A stretch of DNA of 62,658 nt, the filler included, from Asterionella formosa (Eukaryota), in NCBI GenBank assembly GCA_002256025.1. It is 8 parts of 8 records of this genome, joined end to end, with 100 filler letters (N's around TTAATTAATTAA, not from the genome) between each part and the next. Parts side by side here need not be neighbours in the genome. Positions count along the whole stretch, not along the records: positions 1 to 26,205 come from NKIB01001805.1; positions 26,306 to 52,509 come from NKIB01001812.1; 6 more parts are not named here. The stretch is one strand, 5' to 3'. The translations under genes were made by a program, and so were the position numbers. Under the pieces are notes generated by a model. The model was not told the DNA's origin. It saw nothing but the letters and a program-made list of their open reading frames with translations, and ran no database searches. Positions 23,092 through 36,483 of the stretch are shown one piece after another (within the stretch, counting starts at the first letter, position 1; every line of letters begins with the position of its first letter).

Positions 23092-23949
23092 GTACCTAGT
23101 ACCACCAGGCGCTGCAGTACTGTACAGAACCAGCGCAGTATCAGAATACTCCCTGATAGTAGAACTGGTCATCAACACCGGCACTGATACTTGAGCAGTC
23201 TTCCTCTAGAAAACTTAAATATCTACCTGTAAGCATTTGCATCGGCTATATTACTCACCCTAGTATAGTTGCAACCAAACTTTAGGTCACTGCCTCACAT
23301 GAAGAGTAACCTCCACTAGTTATCTGGCTAACAGCCTTTCAATTTTATTCCGAACCGAGTGGTGCATATAATTTATGTTATAAGTATCAGGTAGTCTAGA
23401 AATAGGTGAACCTGACCTCGTTTTTCGTAGAACAATCGCGCCCTAATTGGTGTTTGCTCTGGACCCCTTCTTTGTTGACCATTGCTTTGTTAGAAAAAAT
23501 AGACACAAGTAGAAGAATTTAACACCAGAGCAGCGACAATAATCGCTGATTGCTCGTTTCGCAACCTCTAAAGGGAGGCGATAAGACCGTCAACATGCAT
23601 GACCAGCTCGTCATAGATCTGGGCATGCACAAAAGTCAGCTATATAATAAAGCAATAATTTTTACAGCGCATTAGTACTAGCCTATTGACAGGATTGTAT
23701 TCGTTGCGCTCCATGGCCCATAAAGTGGGTCGGTGGAGAAGGTTTGGTGATCACTATCTTGTGTAGGAGTCGTGGAAAAAAATTTGGTAGTAGCTGAGAT
23801 CTTGGCCGGAATTGTCGAGACTGGCCGCTGGTGATTCTTCCGGGTCGCAGGCCTGGATGTTGAGTGTTCTTGTTTGTCGCATATTGGCTGTTGGATTTGT
23901 CGAAACTTTCCTTGGGAGCTCCTCCCTTCTGCTGGACACTTGACTAAAA

Positions 23950-24300
23950 TGTTTTGTTTTTGTTTGTTGTCCAGTAGCCGCCATTTTTTGGACACTGCTA
24001 TGCGGTACTATTCTGCGCATTCCAGGAATCGCCGTTTCTTGTTTCTCCTGGATTGTAGCATTGCCTCTAAATCTGTGTTGAAGATGTGCCTGCCTGTCTC
24101 TGTGAGTTACATATTTTGCGTTGTAGTTTATATATCTGTCGAATTGTTTCGTTACTGAGCGGATTGCGCTATATCTTCGTTTTTCCCGTTGTGTAGTTTG
24201 TCGTTCCGGGCCCTCCACGCTCCCTGGGCAAGGCATAACGAGAAAAATCAATGAATTCTGTCATTTTTCTTCGATAGGCAAGAATTGTTTTCCGGACAAC
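23950..24300 (-). mobile_element. Possible decayed non-LTR retrotransposon ORF2 C-terminus
   Basis: Stop-interrupted frame containing AWRARNDKLH (WxxRNxxxH motif); no RT core seen. Confidence 0.35.
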
Positions 24301-24655
24301 CAGCGTTATCATCTGCTGCAACCTGTTTTGCTTGAGCTTCGAATTTGCCACTTGTATATGACATGATATTTAAATTGGAATGAATGATTTTGGTAATTTG
24401 GGATAAGGTTGTATTGATTATGTGGTAATGTATTCGATTCAAATGAAGGGATTAGATAGGGCAAAATGGAAAGGAGAAAGAGAGTTTGTTTTCGGTTGTA
24501 ACAAATTACAAGCATTCATGATCACTTTCTTTGTACACGGTGCTACTTGATTACTAAGAGCGCTCAATAGCTGTCACTACGGGTATAATTTTCAAAAAGG
24601 TGAACGTAATGGTACCAACATACATAATATACCAATAATGGTAAATCATAAATGT

Positions 24656-24941
24656 TGTTAAAAGGTCTCGTACTTCCCATCTGACGTGTATCCTCTTGTG
24701 TAGGTCTTACCTGTTATACCACTAGTATTGTTATCTTCTTTCTGCTGCTAGCCTTCGTGCTAGTTTTCGCCATTGACCTTACTCTGTCAATTCTCACTGT
24801 TTCTTAATTACAAGCTTAAACTAAAACTAGGTTTCAATCCCATTCATCACACTTCAAGAACCTGTTCTTCGTTGTCCCTGTTCGTTGATGTAAACCTTCT
24901 TCTGATTGATCCAAGACATCAATCTCGCTATCAAGCTTCTT
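24656..24941 (+). mobile_element. LTR-like repeat copy 2, 3' end lost next to a MITE
   Basis: Aligns by eye with 13974-14266; begins TGTTAAAAGGTCTCGTAC. Confidence 0.6.
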
Positions 24942-24957
24942 TTTTACCGGTTTATCA

Positions 24958-25054
24958 GCAAGTTGCGGTAATTTTGCTGATAAACTAACATTTCCATCTG
25001 GGATAAAGATAGCTAAATCTTTAGTTTCAGCAAAATCACCGCAACTTGCAGGTA
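24958..25054. mobile_element. ~100-bp MITE of the CCTGCAAG family
   Basis: GCAAGTTGCGGTAATTTTGCTGA ... TCAGCAAAATCACCGCAACTTGCAGG-TA inverted repeats. Confidence 0.7.
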
Positions 25055-25388
25055 TACAGTACCCTACCTTCCAACCGCATTATCATACCAGTATGACAGG
25101 TTTGCTTGTCAAACAATACCGGACAATTGTCCAGTCGAGGTACCAGTAGGTCTATGGTGGTGCAATGTGGTGCAGCGGCGACATGACGTCACGAAGTCAT
25201 TTTGAAATATTATTGTTGCGCATGTGCACCTTTTCAATATTCATCTCCAACGTTGCATCTTGCACATCACCACACAGAAATGCAAATAAACAGCAAACTC
25301 ACCAAATGTGATGATTGAAAGCGGTCACTGGTTCTTGCTATCGCTAACATGCAATTTCTTTTGTTTTACTAACCAATTTACTCTACAA

Positions 25389-26189
25389 TCAACCTTTGCT
25401 ACATCCGCAACCTTTGGAGAATTTTGAGTGGAGGAACTGGGGATGGAGACTGTGGAAAGTGTCTTTGTTGCTGTCGCAATGATTCAGGAAGCATGCGATG
25501 ATCGGCTTGATGAATTTTACATCAAAGAGTCGCATCCTTTCAGTGACATCTGAGTGGAGGAGACGCTCCATTTTTCTTGCAAGATTCAAGATCAACTCAA
25601 GCTTCTCATGAGAATTTTTCGTTTTTGCAACCTCAAAAATCTCGTCAAATTCTATGGACCCACTTTTCCGGTTTTTCTTTGGTGCTGTGGGGATGGTAGC
25701 AGCATCCGTTATTCCAATTGCATAAACTGTGTTAGTAGAACCATTTTCCTTTGTTGAATCTTGATAACTTGTAGTAGCAGCAATAGCATTAGAATACATC
25801 CGATTTTCTTCATTCTTCATAACTCGTGCATGTACCACAATGTTGATCAGGCTGCGTAATTTTTCTGCACGAGGGGTAGCTAGCTCGTTCAAAAATAACT
25901 CGAGCTGTTCATTGGCATTCTGCGGCCGTACGTAGCTCATAGCAAGGGTACAGATGTGCGCAGGACTGAAGGAGCTTGGGTGTGACCTTGGGACATTCAA
26001 TCGATCATGTACATACCTTGTAGAAAGCTCCGAAATTTCGCACTGAAAAACCACCGATGGTAGGTTTAATACTAGTGTAGCTGTAGTCACCTTGACAAAT
26101 ATAGACTTGAATGTACGCACTTTGTTTAAATGATTGTTGTGTATGTGGGCAATTGCTAGCTGGGCATCTGCATCCTCAACATATAACAT
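25389..26189 (-). CDS. Hypothetical protein, 5' part probably lost at the contig end; possibly TE-associated
   Basis: 266-codon ORF with Cys/His-containing C-terminus (CFLNHC..KGCGC); close to the gap. Confidence 0.4.
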   Translation of the reverse strand: MLYVEDADAQLAIAHIHNNHLNKVRTFKSIFVKVTTATLVLNLPSVVFQCEISELSTRYVHDRLNVPRSHPSSFSPAHICTLAMSYVRPQNANEQLELFLNELATPRAEKLRSLINIVVHARVMKNEENRMYSNAIAATTSYQDSTKENGSTNTVYAIGITDAATIPTAPKKNRKSGSIEFDEIFEVAKTKNSHEKLELILNLARKMERLLHSDVTERMRLFDVKFIKPIIACFLNHCDSNKDTFHSLHPQFLHSKFSKGCGCSKG

Positions 26190-26205
26190 TGCAGTCTTGA
26201 GTGAC

Positions 26206-26305
26206 NNNNNNNNNNNNNNNNNNNNNNNNNNNNNNNNNNNNNNNNNNNNTTAATTAATTAANNNNNNNNNNNNNNNNNNNNNNNNNNNNNNNNNNNNNNN
26301 NNNNN
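26206..26305. other. Artificial 100-bp contig linker; also at 52510-52609, 54203-54302, 55895-55994, 57586-57685, 59277-59376, 60968-61067
   Basis: N44-TTAATTAATTAA-N44; the core has stops in all six frames. Confidence 0.98.
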
Positions 26306-28292
26306 CTGCTGTAGGAACTGGTGTAGGTACTGCTGTAGGTCGTGAAGTTGGATCAGGAGTGGGATCTGCAGTTGGTGAACGGGTAGGACTGAGAGTTGGT
26401 TTTGCTGTGGGAGGCGACGTTGGACCCGGCGTAGGAACTGCAGTGGGTGCTGAGCTGGGGAGCTTGTCGACGAAGAAAGTGTTCGTCACATCAACCACGC
26501 TCACGTCCACAGTAATCATGTTGGGGTTGGTGCCGCCGTCGCTGTCGTTTACATCAATATATCCACTTGGCGTCTGCTCAATGATGATGTAGACACCGGG
26601 GGGAACAGTGAAAGAATATTTTCCGTTGCTGTCAGTGACGGTAGTTGCAACGATAGATTGATCGGGACGTTGCAAGGTGATGGTAACACCCCCGATTGGA
26701 GCATCTCCCGTACCGTCATTGTTCTTGTCTTCCAACACTTTTCCGGCAACGATTCGAGGAGCAGTGGTAGGTGCTGCTGTAGGAACTGGTGTAGGTACTG
26801 CTGTAGGTCGTGAAGTTGGATCAGGAGTGGGATCTGCAGTTGGTGAACGGGTAGGACTGAGTGTTGGCAGGGAGGTTGGTTTTTGTGTGGGGCTTTGTGT
26901 AGGTGTCTTAATAGGTGTTGAAGTCGCTGCTGGACTTGGGCGTGTCGTTGGATTAGCCGTCGGTATAGGGGTGGGTGCAACCGTTGGAAATAATGTTGGC
27001 CTGTCTGTCGGGTATGGAGTTGGGCTTGCTGTAGGGAATCCGCAGTTTTTATGAGCAGATATTTTGATATTGTCGAAGCCTCCAGATTTATCCTGATGGA
27101 CCTGATTGATACGACTTTCAAACTTTATAGTGATGCTTCCATCTGTGTAGAATCTTTTCGATAATGCAATCTTTACGTGGTGCTTCTGGTCAAATGAAGA
27201 ATTTGTACCGATTCCGAAGCATTGCTCCGCAGGTACTCCTTGGCTCAGCGACTCGTACTGAACGTCTTCGGCATATCCAAATCTAGTTTCCTCATCTGTT
27301 TTTGAATCAAATATCCCAAGGTCGATTGGGAACCCGTCAATAACGATTTTCAGGCTATCCGGGGTTCCGACACCTTTTTCCCAAAAGTCGATTTCGTAAA
27401 AGTCAAACTCAAGTGTCACCGAAGATGCATCAGTAGGAATGCTATTGTATGTCTTTTGGGGGAATGCATCACCTGCGCTGTACCTACCCAGAAAGTTGGT
27501 GAAGTAAGAGCAATGATCCAATTTGCCATTTGTCCATCCAGTCAATACTTGATTTTCGAAATCCTCGGTCGTGACAACTTCATCAAGCTCACAAGGGATG
27601 GGCGAAGGTTCAGCTGTCGGAAATTTAGTGACAGCTGTAGTGACGACCTTATCAACGAAGAAGTTGTTAATGTCGTTGCTAGATGTCACATCGACATCAT
27701 CGATCTGATTAGGGTTGCCACCGTCACTATCAACAACGTCGTCATATCCAGAAGGAGTGTTCTCAATCAACACGTATTTTCCAGGAGATGCTGAAAAGGT
27801 GAAGGTCCCTGTTCCATCAGTGGTTGTGGTGTCAATCTTAACACCGAGAAGCGTCCAGAGCTCGATGACGACACCAGCAATTGGATCGTTACCCACATTG
27901 TCGTTGTTTGTATCCTCGAGAACCTGACCAGAAATGGTACGATTAGTTTCGGCTTGGGGAGGAGCGGTTGGCAATCCAGTTGGTTCATTTGGGCTAACTG
28001 GTGCTCCGTTGGGAGGAGCGACAGCCACTGGTGCGGGCGAGTCTGGTGGCGGAGGTGGCGTCGGCCAGGGGGTCGGCAACGGAGTGGGTTGCGGTAGTGG
28101 CCAGGGGTTCTGAAGATACCTTTGTGCGATACCAAACCATTTCGACTCAGGCTCGGAATCATCCAGTTGAGTACCTGTGTTTTGCTCCTTGGCTTCGTTC
28201 AAAGCGTGTGCAGGAGCAACACAAACACCACCAAACAGGAACAAAAAAGCAAGCAACCTGGCAGTCCCACGCCCTTTCATCCTGACTGTCAT
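26306..28292 (-). CDS. Secreted/cell-surface protein with SdrD-B/Cna-B-like domains and Pro-Thr repeats; 3' end truncated by the gap
   Basis: ATG 28292; signal peptide LLAFLFLFGGVCVAPAHA; two (I/V)xGxVLEDxNND.xG..PI.GV.I.L....T.TD..G...F...PG.Y...E domains; PTxxPT tracts; 26306-26391 nearly identical to 26776-26861. Confidence 0.85.
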
Positions 28293-28461
28293 TTTTGACA
28301 ATAAATTTTTTATTTTTCTTTCCTTACCGATCTCGATAAATTTATTAATTTGAAAAATAATGCGATGAGTATTATGTACTGGAAAATATTGAAATGATTT
28401 CAACCAATTTTGTCGTTCATCCAATACAAATTGGTCATGATCCTCTGTTCACGAATTGTGT

Positions 28462-28605
28462 ATGAACTATTAAAGTTACCGGTACGGTATACTATGAATA
28501 AGAATCGTAAATAATTTCTATATCGGTTCAATGCATGAACTATTAAACTTACCGGTACGGCATAGTATGAATAAGAATCGTAAATAATTTCTATATCGGT
28601 TCAAT
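28462..28605 (+). repeat. 73-bp tandem duplication upstream of the surface-protein gene
   Basis: ATGAACTATTAAA..TCGGTTCAAT at 28462 and 28535. Confidence 0.9.
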
Positions 28606-31600
28606 ATATGTAGAGCAATTGTTGTATATGGGATGGTCGGGAATTGGTTCACGAATAGATCCAGATGCTCGGGAAATACAATACTCATCATCGCCAGTTG
28701 AAGTGGAAATGGCCACGTTAATTAAACACCATCCATTTATTGATTAAACAATAAACTAGAAGACGATCTCTTTATAAAAGCTATACTACCGGAACACTTG
28801 AGTCACCGTTCTTTCTTGCATGATATTCGTATAGGCAAACCTCCGGGGATGCAAACAAAAGAAGGGCTCATTTCGGCTGCCCGGTCGTGTTTGTTAGCGA
28901 ATATATACTCCTCGTCTTTATGTCCATTCGGGAATGCCAGCCATTCTATCGGTACGCAGTTTTCCGGTACCCCCATAGTAAAATATTGGCTGAGTATAGG
29001 TACCAGATTCTACCAATATTCTTCGGCCGTAAATCAGTTCGTACCAGTACATACCAGTTACATACAGTATTTATCTTGTACTACATCAGATGGATGAATT
29101 AGGCGGGAGAGTGACTGAATAAAGAATGTCAAACCGAATCACTGTTTGTTCTTCTTGGGCCTTTTTTGCTTGGAGCAAAAAGTTTATCAACGCATTCATG
29201 CACAACTAATAAAGTGGTCATTCCCATGGCACGTACCAGGTAGAGTACCGGGTCGTATCAGGGGGTCGTACCAGGTATATAGTTTGCTGCCGTGGTTGTG
29301 GTAACAGTGCGTATTGTTCTCTGGTCCATCCTTTTTTGGGCAAATTGGCTTTACTAGGTTTACTAACCATAGGCTAATCCCTGGTCCCGGTATCTTGGGT
29401 GGTGGGTGATTTGAAGTTCCATATTGGGAGCAATCTGAATTTACAAAAAATTGGTACAGAAATACCATTACATATTATTCTTTTAGAAATATTAACACCC
29501 ACAACAACAAAATTTGTGCCTGTGCTTACCAAATTTAGTATCCATATGTCAGGTACATATAGTACATTAGCATGAAGCATCTATGGGCAAGCAAATGGAA
29601 GTAGCTATCCCAACAAATGTAAGGTCACTCAAACCTCACAGGGAACAAGAAGTAGTCCCCCTCTGTGTGATAGGCTGTGACTACTAGTTTGGTCTGCCAA
29701 AAGTTGATCCCAATTGGTGTGTGAATGTATATTGCTGTATCTAGTGCTACCCGGGGGGGGGTGGGGGGAATCTTATCTCTCCTTGTCTGTGTCCCCCCCC
29801 CCCCCCCCCCCCCCCCCCCCACGACCCCTATTTTGGGATGGAGGTAGGAGATTGGATTTGTTCCTCCAGAAAATCGTCGATACACAATCATAGCAAACAT
29901 CTTCGTTGAGCAATTGCAGTGTTTTCATTTGAGGTGCTCTCTTTCCTCTCAGACCGAAACAACATAAGACAGCAAGAAAATTGTAGCCTGCTTAATTGAT
30001 TGATAGAATGTAAGGTGATCATTTGGGAATATGTGTTCCCCTAAAAAAATATCGTTACGTAAAACAGGGGGGAAGGCGGCTGACATCATTTACAATGCTC
30101 AGACAAGCGCCTGTGGTGAATGGAGCGAGAGAGTTCCAATTTTAAAATATCTGATGTTGGCCTGGATATTTCGATGATGATGTGCGTTTGATTTTTACTG
30201 TAGCCGGGGGTGTGAATTCCATGTTGAATGTATTCCCAAATGTTCGAAACGTCTGACCCCGAGGATATAGTACTTTAAAGGTCCTTCCTTCCGTTCTTTC
30301 TATCAATTGATGAGGCGTTGTAGCCTCCATTTTTGGTGAATGGGCTGAGTGAACCACCTCCTCATAGGGAAACGCAGACGACCTGTGGTCGGAACACATA
30401 ATGCTTGACCTAGTATTTTTCTCCATTGCCAGCAGGGGCATGAGGCACCCTAGTCCCTGAATACGATCTCCTTAAGCCAGAAATGAACATTACTCAGAAG
30501 CATCAAATCATCTTACAACCACATCATGTGAAATCTCACCAAGATGACGAGATCACATTCAACAAGCTTCCATTAGGTTCACATTTAAACTCTGACATCG
30601 ATAAGCTAGCAGGAAACAAAGTTTGTGCTAGTGCTACATGTTTAAGTTCTTCATTAAAATCATATGCATGTCCTCCTGACCATGATGGAGCAACAACCCT
30701 CAAGTTGGAGGAGCAATGGATCACTAGCCACGACGCCACGACGCCACGACGCCATTCGCCATGAAGCAAGATATTGTTGCACAAAATTTCAGGACTAAAT
30801 GATTACAAAAACTGTGTGGGAAACCAATTTTTGATATGGTTGTGGATTGGAAAGCATGCCAATGGGTCAGCACAAAAATCGGAGGACAGCAGAAATTGGT
30901 TGACATTGTCGTCGTCGTTGGTAGAACAACATATTCTATCAGAAAAGACTGAGTCATCATCTCCATCAATCAGAAAATCTAGGGTAGGATTGTTGACATT
31001 TTCTGGATTTGAGACCTTGGACTCTCAATGTTGAGGTACCATTGAAGATGTAGCCGCGTCACAAGACACATCGAGCATTATCATCAAAGATCGACTGGCT
31101 TCGTCTCGATTTGGTGAAGGGTCAATATGAATAGCCCGCTGCTTTTCATTGGAAAAAACTATTGAATTATTTTGGTTCGCAGTTGAAGATAACCTGTCTG
31201 ATAAATTCATCAAGCAATTGTGGAATTAACATAACATGAACTCTTTTTTCTGGAGAATCCTAAATCTTGTCGAAATTATGAGATTTGGAAGTTTAACACA
31301 AATGAGACCTCAGACCAACCGATTCAATAAGTCGTTTTAATTTATTCCTCGATTTTAAAATGTCTTCTACTAGTGTAAACTCAAATAAACTATCCACTTT
31401 GTCATCATAATGATTATTTTTATGTTCCATATCAATCTTAATCTGTATTGATAAGAGGACACGGTGGTTATGGTTCGGCGAAATTAGAAACGATGCAACA
31501 AAACAGAGTTCCAGTACTATCAATGATTTGAAGTTAGTAGCAGCCTCAGCAGCGGTATACCGATATGTCATGCATGTCTAATGTATTTTATTTACCCCAT

Positions 31601-31912
31601 GGGCGCGCTCTGATATTAAAAAATTATTTTATCATGTGTATATTATAACACAAATTATTTTGGCGATTTGATACATGATAACGTCATCGAGCCATTTCGG
31701 GTATGAGCAAGCAAGTCTTGAAATATTATGGGAAATTATATGTAGTCATTCATGCCTAAATATCTACTTATATAATACACTGTTATTTATAACTGTAAAA
31801 AATTTATGTTTGTGTTGACCAGGTTTGCCAAATTTGGTCAACCCAAACACAAATTTTGGGGTTATGAGTACAAGGATTTGTGCTATAATACACATGATAT
31901 AAGAGCGCGCCC
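31601..31912. mobile_element. MITE with GGGCGCGCTCT TIRs (short derivative of 43028-44492)
   Basis: TIRs at both ends; internal sequence matches both ends of the longer copy. Confidence 0.85.
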
Positions 31913-32074
31913 AGTACTACACACATCTATTATCTATTCTGACGTAATGATAGATGATGATAGGATGTTGTTATTGTAAATTTTTTCTGAAATAGGCATT
32001 TAAAATAATAGCTAGAAAACTACAATGCTTGTAGTATCATACTGATATGCAAGACTTAACAGGAATTCGAGTAC

Positions 32075-32235
32075 CTGGTACTGTGAAACTGTACCTATTA
32101 TTACGCTGGTACTGTGAAACTGTAGGTTTGCCCTACCAACATTCCCTTCTTCCCCTTGTCACAATACCCGGTTGGAACATGACATGGCTTCAGTGAAATT
32201 GTACCTATTACTAAGCTGGTACTATGAAACTATTA
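32075..32235 (+). repeat. ~31-bp unit repeats (CTGGTACTGTGAAACTGTACCTATTA)
   Basis: Two tandem pairs at about 32075-32125 and 32192-32235. Confidence 0.7.
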
Positions 32236-33689
32236 CTGAGTATGTCGGTGCTGCATTGCTTCCGATCCAGCACTCGCCCACTGTCTAATCCTATAGTTGA
32301 CAGACCATTATCCCTTTCTGCTTCCTTGTTCTGTAACAGTCACGTTTTTCTTGACAACTTGACAGTGCAATATATCACTTGTTATCTGGAATGGCAAATG
32401 CTCCGAGTGCTACAAGTAATAGAACAATCTTGGTTGTGAAGGGGATACCGATCGCAGATTTTTCAATCAGGAAAAACGTGTTTCTATGGCATATTTCATG
32501 TCTGTTCAAGAGACAACGGAAGAGTAAGGAACGACTCTTACTGGTTTGATACTTTGATTATGATGAAAAAGGCAAGGAGATAAGACTAGATGACAGTGTC
32601 CTGGTGTTTATTCTCAACAAATTCTATGTGGTCCTAGAGTCTGGCTTGTTTAACAAAACATCATTTGAAACTTCAAGGAAATTTCGGAAACATATAGGAC
32701 CAGCAATGATTTTATGGAAAACTCACTTTCCTCGAGATTTTAGACTACATCAAAAAGACAATAATATGCCACCAAATGCAACCATGAACTACATCCAGAC
32801 TGGTGACCATGTCCTGTTTCAATATTTCCAACTCCTTACTGGATAAATGGGACAAATCACTTTCCTCCTTGACCTGTTCTTTATTTACTTTCCCAATCAC
32901 TCCTACAATTTCGGAACTCTTTGGTGACAAGTCATGGACTGCTTCTTCCGGATTGGCAACCATGTTTGGAGTTGCCTTTAATTTACATTTTGCTTATGCT
33001 TTGGAAGGGGGAGATTTTACATCAAGTCTATGAGATTCGATAGACTCAATTAGACGCTCTGAGGAAGTAGAAACAAGATCTACCATGTGCATACAAGCAA
33101 CACAATCTTTACTTCTTGGAATGGTATTCTTGGGAGAAGATGAACTGGCATCAACTATTTCGTTTTCACTTGCCTGTGTCAATGCATAAACGGAGAATAC
33201 ACGACGTCGGTGATCTTTATTTGGAATGACAGGTATGACTAATTCCATCGGCTCGTCAGGAAAAAAAGTTTCCCAATTTTGGCGATGCTTCTCAAATTTG
33301 GCCGTAATGGTGCACAGAAGCTTGTTCCTCTTTTCTTCTGTATCAATACCAGCACCAACAATACTAGTAAAAATACAGGGATCATTTGAAACACCCCAAT
33401 AATGGAGAAGTTTATCAATATCATTGGAGTCATTTCGACAACCATTGTTGCTGTACGACATTGGAATCAGCTATTGATTGAATAATGGTTCTGGTACCCT
33501 CATAAATATTTTACACTTTGGAGTGGCGAGAACATATGTGTGGGACAAACTGGGTCCGCCATGGTGGAGAGGAGGTACCCCTCAACCATAGCGCAATGTA
33601 GACTCACCTGTACTAGACTCCTGGAACACTTTATTTGGTAGTAACTTAGTATGCTTTTTCGCATTAGTATATCGATAAACTCCAACTGA

Positions 33690-35395
33690 CCTCAAAACAA
33701 TTGGTCTTCAAAATTAAAAAGGGATTTAAATGAAACTGGTCCATTTTTGGTCTGGTCACCTATGCATACATCAACAAGCTTTTGAATCAATGAAAGCATT
33801 GTTAATTGCAGATAAACTCATGCGTTATCCTGATCGTAATTTTCCTTTCCATATTTTTACTGATGTTTCTGATTATCAATTAAGAAACTTTCAAAGAATT
33901 TCGCTCTATGTTATTGAATGCGTTTCTACATGTTCACACTCGTACTTTTATCTATAATACCCTACACAGACACACAACGTGTTCTCCGGTAGAGGCTTTA
34001 TATTGAAGAATATCTTCTTACTTTTAACTATGTGAAGGGTACTGATAATGCTAACTATTACATATTCTATCTCTCACCTCCCGCCGCTTGAGTCTTTGGT
34101 GGGGGATGATATTGGGCCGAAATCTTCGGCATCAACATCCACTTCTACTTTCTCAATTGAATTAGATGATGAGCCTACCTGTTTCCTCAATCATCCAATC
34201 TTGCCAGAAAATATTCAATATCCTCTGGATTACAATTTAATACATGATAGAAAATTGCTGGATATGCAATTGATTCTCAATCAACTAACACATCCGTTAA
34301 TATTTCCTCTATCAGTTGTCATAATATACATTTATTTTGTTTTGTGAAGAATCCAGGAGATACTTGGCGTATTGCTATTCCTACATCACTATTGAATCCT
34401 ATTATTAATTGGTATCATCAGATGTTAACTCGCTCATGTGGGTATGACAAAATTAAATGCTACAATTGCTACACATTTTTTTATCATCCTACATTAAAAG
34501 AAAGAGTGGAACATATTGTAAGCATATGTGAAGCATGTCAAAACGTACAAGATTACCTGGTGCTGGTTTTTGGTGAACTTCCACCAAGGAATGCATTGTT
34601 ATTGCAATGGTCAGAAGAAGTCACAGTGGATTTAATCGGTACATGGAAGATAACAGTGGCGCAAAAGCGATTAAATTTCGTACTCTAACTTCAGTTAACA
34701 CAGTCTCCAATTTACCAGAAATTTCACATATCAATAATAAGGCATCAGAATATATTGCGATGAAATTTGAAAATGATTAGCTAGACAGATTTCTCCGTCC
34801 AGAACGTTGTATACATGACAATGGAGGTGAATTACTGGTATTCCATTCATACACATGTTAGTGTTGAATGAAATTTAAAATGGGACTATTGCAGTCAAGA
34901 GTCCACAAGCAAATGCTATCCTTGAACGTTTACATCAATCTATCAGTAAAAGTCTACGAGTTATGTTAAAGGCTCATCCTCCAATCAAGGAATTTCAAGC
35001 TCAGAATATCTTCGTGAATACATGTTTTGCAGCTGCATCATATGCAGCTCGAGCTTCTATTTATAGTACATTGCGTATTTCACCAGGAACATGGGTTTTC
35101 CAACATGCTATGATATTAAATATTCCTTTGATTACAGTTTTGCAATTAATATTGGGATATCAATGTCGACAAGTGATAATTTACAAATGTCTACGTCGTG
35201 CTAATTTCCGTCGTCGTTCTTTTGATTACAAAGTCAGTGACAAGATTTTAATACTATTGGATAATCCTACTACCTTGGATGATTGTGGATGAGGTTTTTA
35301 TACTATTATTCCAGTACATGCCAATGGTACAGTTACTTTCCAACGACCCATGCATATTACTGAACGAATAAATATTCATCGCATCAAACCTTTTC
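33690..35395 (+). mobile_element. Decayed Ty3/gypsy pol remnant (RT-RNase H linker, RNase H, integrase)
   Basis: Frameshifted pieces [76 protein letters not shown] in gypsy order. Confidence 0.85.
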
Positions 35396-35559
35396 AAAGG
35401 CAAAAGGTTTTGCCTTGGTGTGGGTGATCCGGTCCAAATTCTGTATCTACAAGCGTGAATTGCTAGAATAGCACATTGTTATTCCTACTAGCTGACTATC
35501 AGCCATTGTGCCTTTTTATGATATATATTTTATATGTTGTACATCAGTACAGTAGACAC

Positions 35560-36483
35560 TCATTGATTTTCATTGTATAGAGGCATTTCACCAAAACACC
35601 TGAACCACCATCACTGTCAGCAATATCATTACCAGTATCATCCCAAATATTTTCTAAGATGAGCAAGGCATATGCTTCATTCGATACAGTCATGATAGAG
35701 GCCATATTTTTTTGTGTTTTTGGCTAGCATAATCACCATACTTCACTACCCGAGAAAAAATGTAATTCACTAAAATATTGAAGGGATGCTCTTCAACTTT
35801 ACCAACATCTGGTGGTTCCGTCCTGGACTGAACAATCATATTCCGGGATAGGAACTGTAACTTTCCATCCTCAACCATTCCTGTTGTTATAATTAAGTAT
35901 TGTTTGGAAAAGGAAGCCAAAAGCAAGCACGACACCTCATTTTGAACTTACTTTTGAAACTCTTTCTGATTGATGTTGAAACAGCATTCCTTTTTTCAGA
36001 CATAATTTTGTTGATGTCAGACTTATATGTGAACCAAAATGATTCAAACCATTCGTCAGTACCATTTCTGAGTGATGGGAAATGATAACGAACAGCACCA
36101 GCAATACTTTCGGGTTCCCTAATTTCCAAATCATAATCACCTGTGACGAATTTAACTTTTGGAAAAAATTCCTCTCTGACCCAGCTAGCCAGAAGGTTTG
36201 TCCAATGTTTGCACCGGCCAATTCCACCTACTACTCTAATTGTTAAACGGTTGTTTTCAGCTGCTAATTCACGTAGGCGCTTGATTTCCTGTGTACTCTC
36301 AGACAATAGAATTTGGAGTTTATCTCTCTCTTGTTCAGCCGTCAACCTCCCATCTCCTTTGACACTCTCTTCCGCTTCATTATACTCCTCAAGTTGATAA
36401 TCGTCGTATCCATCCGATGCAGGATTGTCTGGTATGGAGTCTGTATCAGACGACGATGCAGAGTTGTGTCGATTTGCCCACAT
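35560..36483 (-). pseudogene. Degenerate intron-containing gene, probably a transposon accessory ORF
   Basis: Exon 36483-35952; GTAAGT..AG intron 35951-35881 keeps the frame; later frameshift before TVSNEAYALLILENIW; motif FFPKVKFV. Confidence 0.5.

Noticed and set aside
30142..33461. Several short ORFs (99-155 aa)
   Set aside because: No recognisable motifs; probably decayed TE-derived sequence, and no product call can be supported
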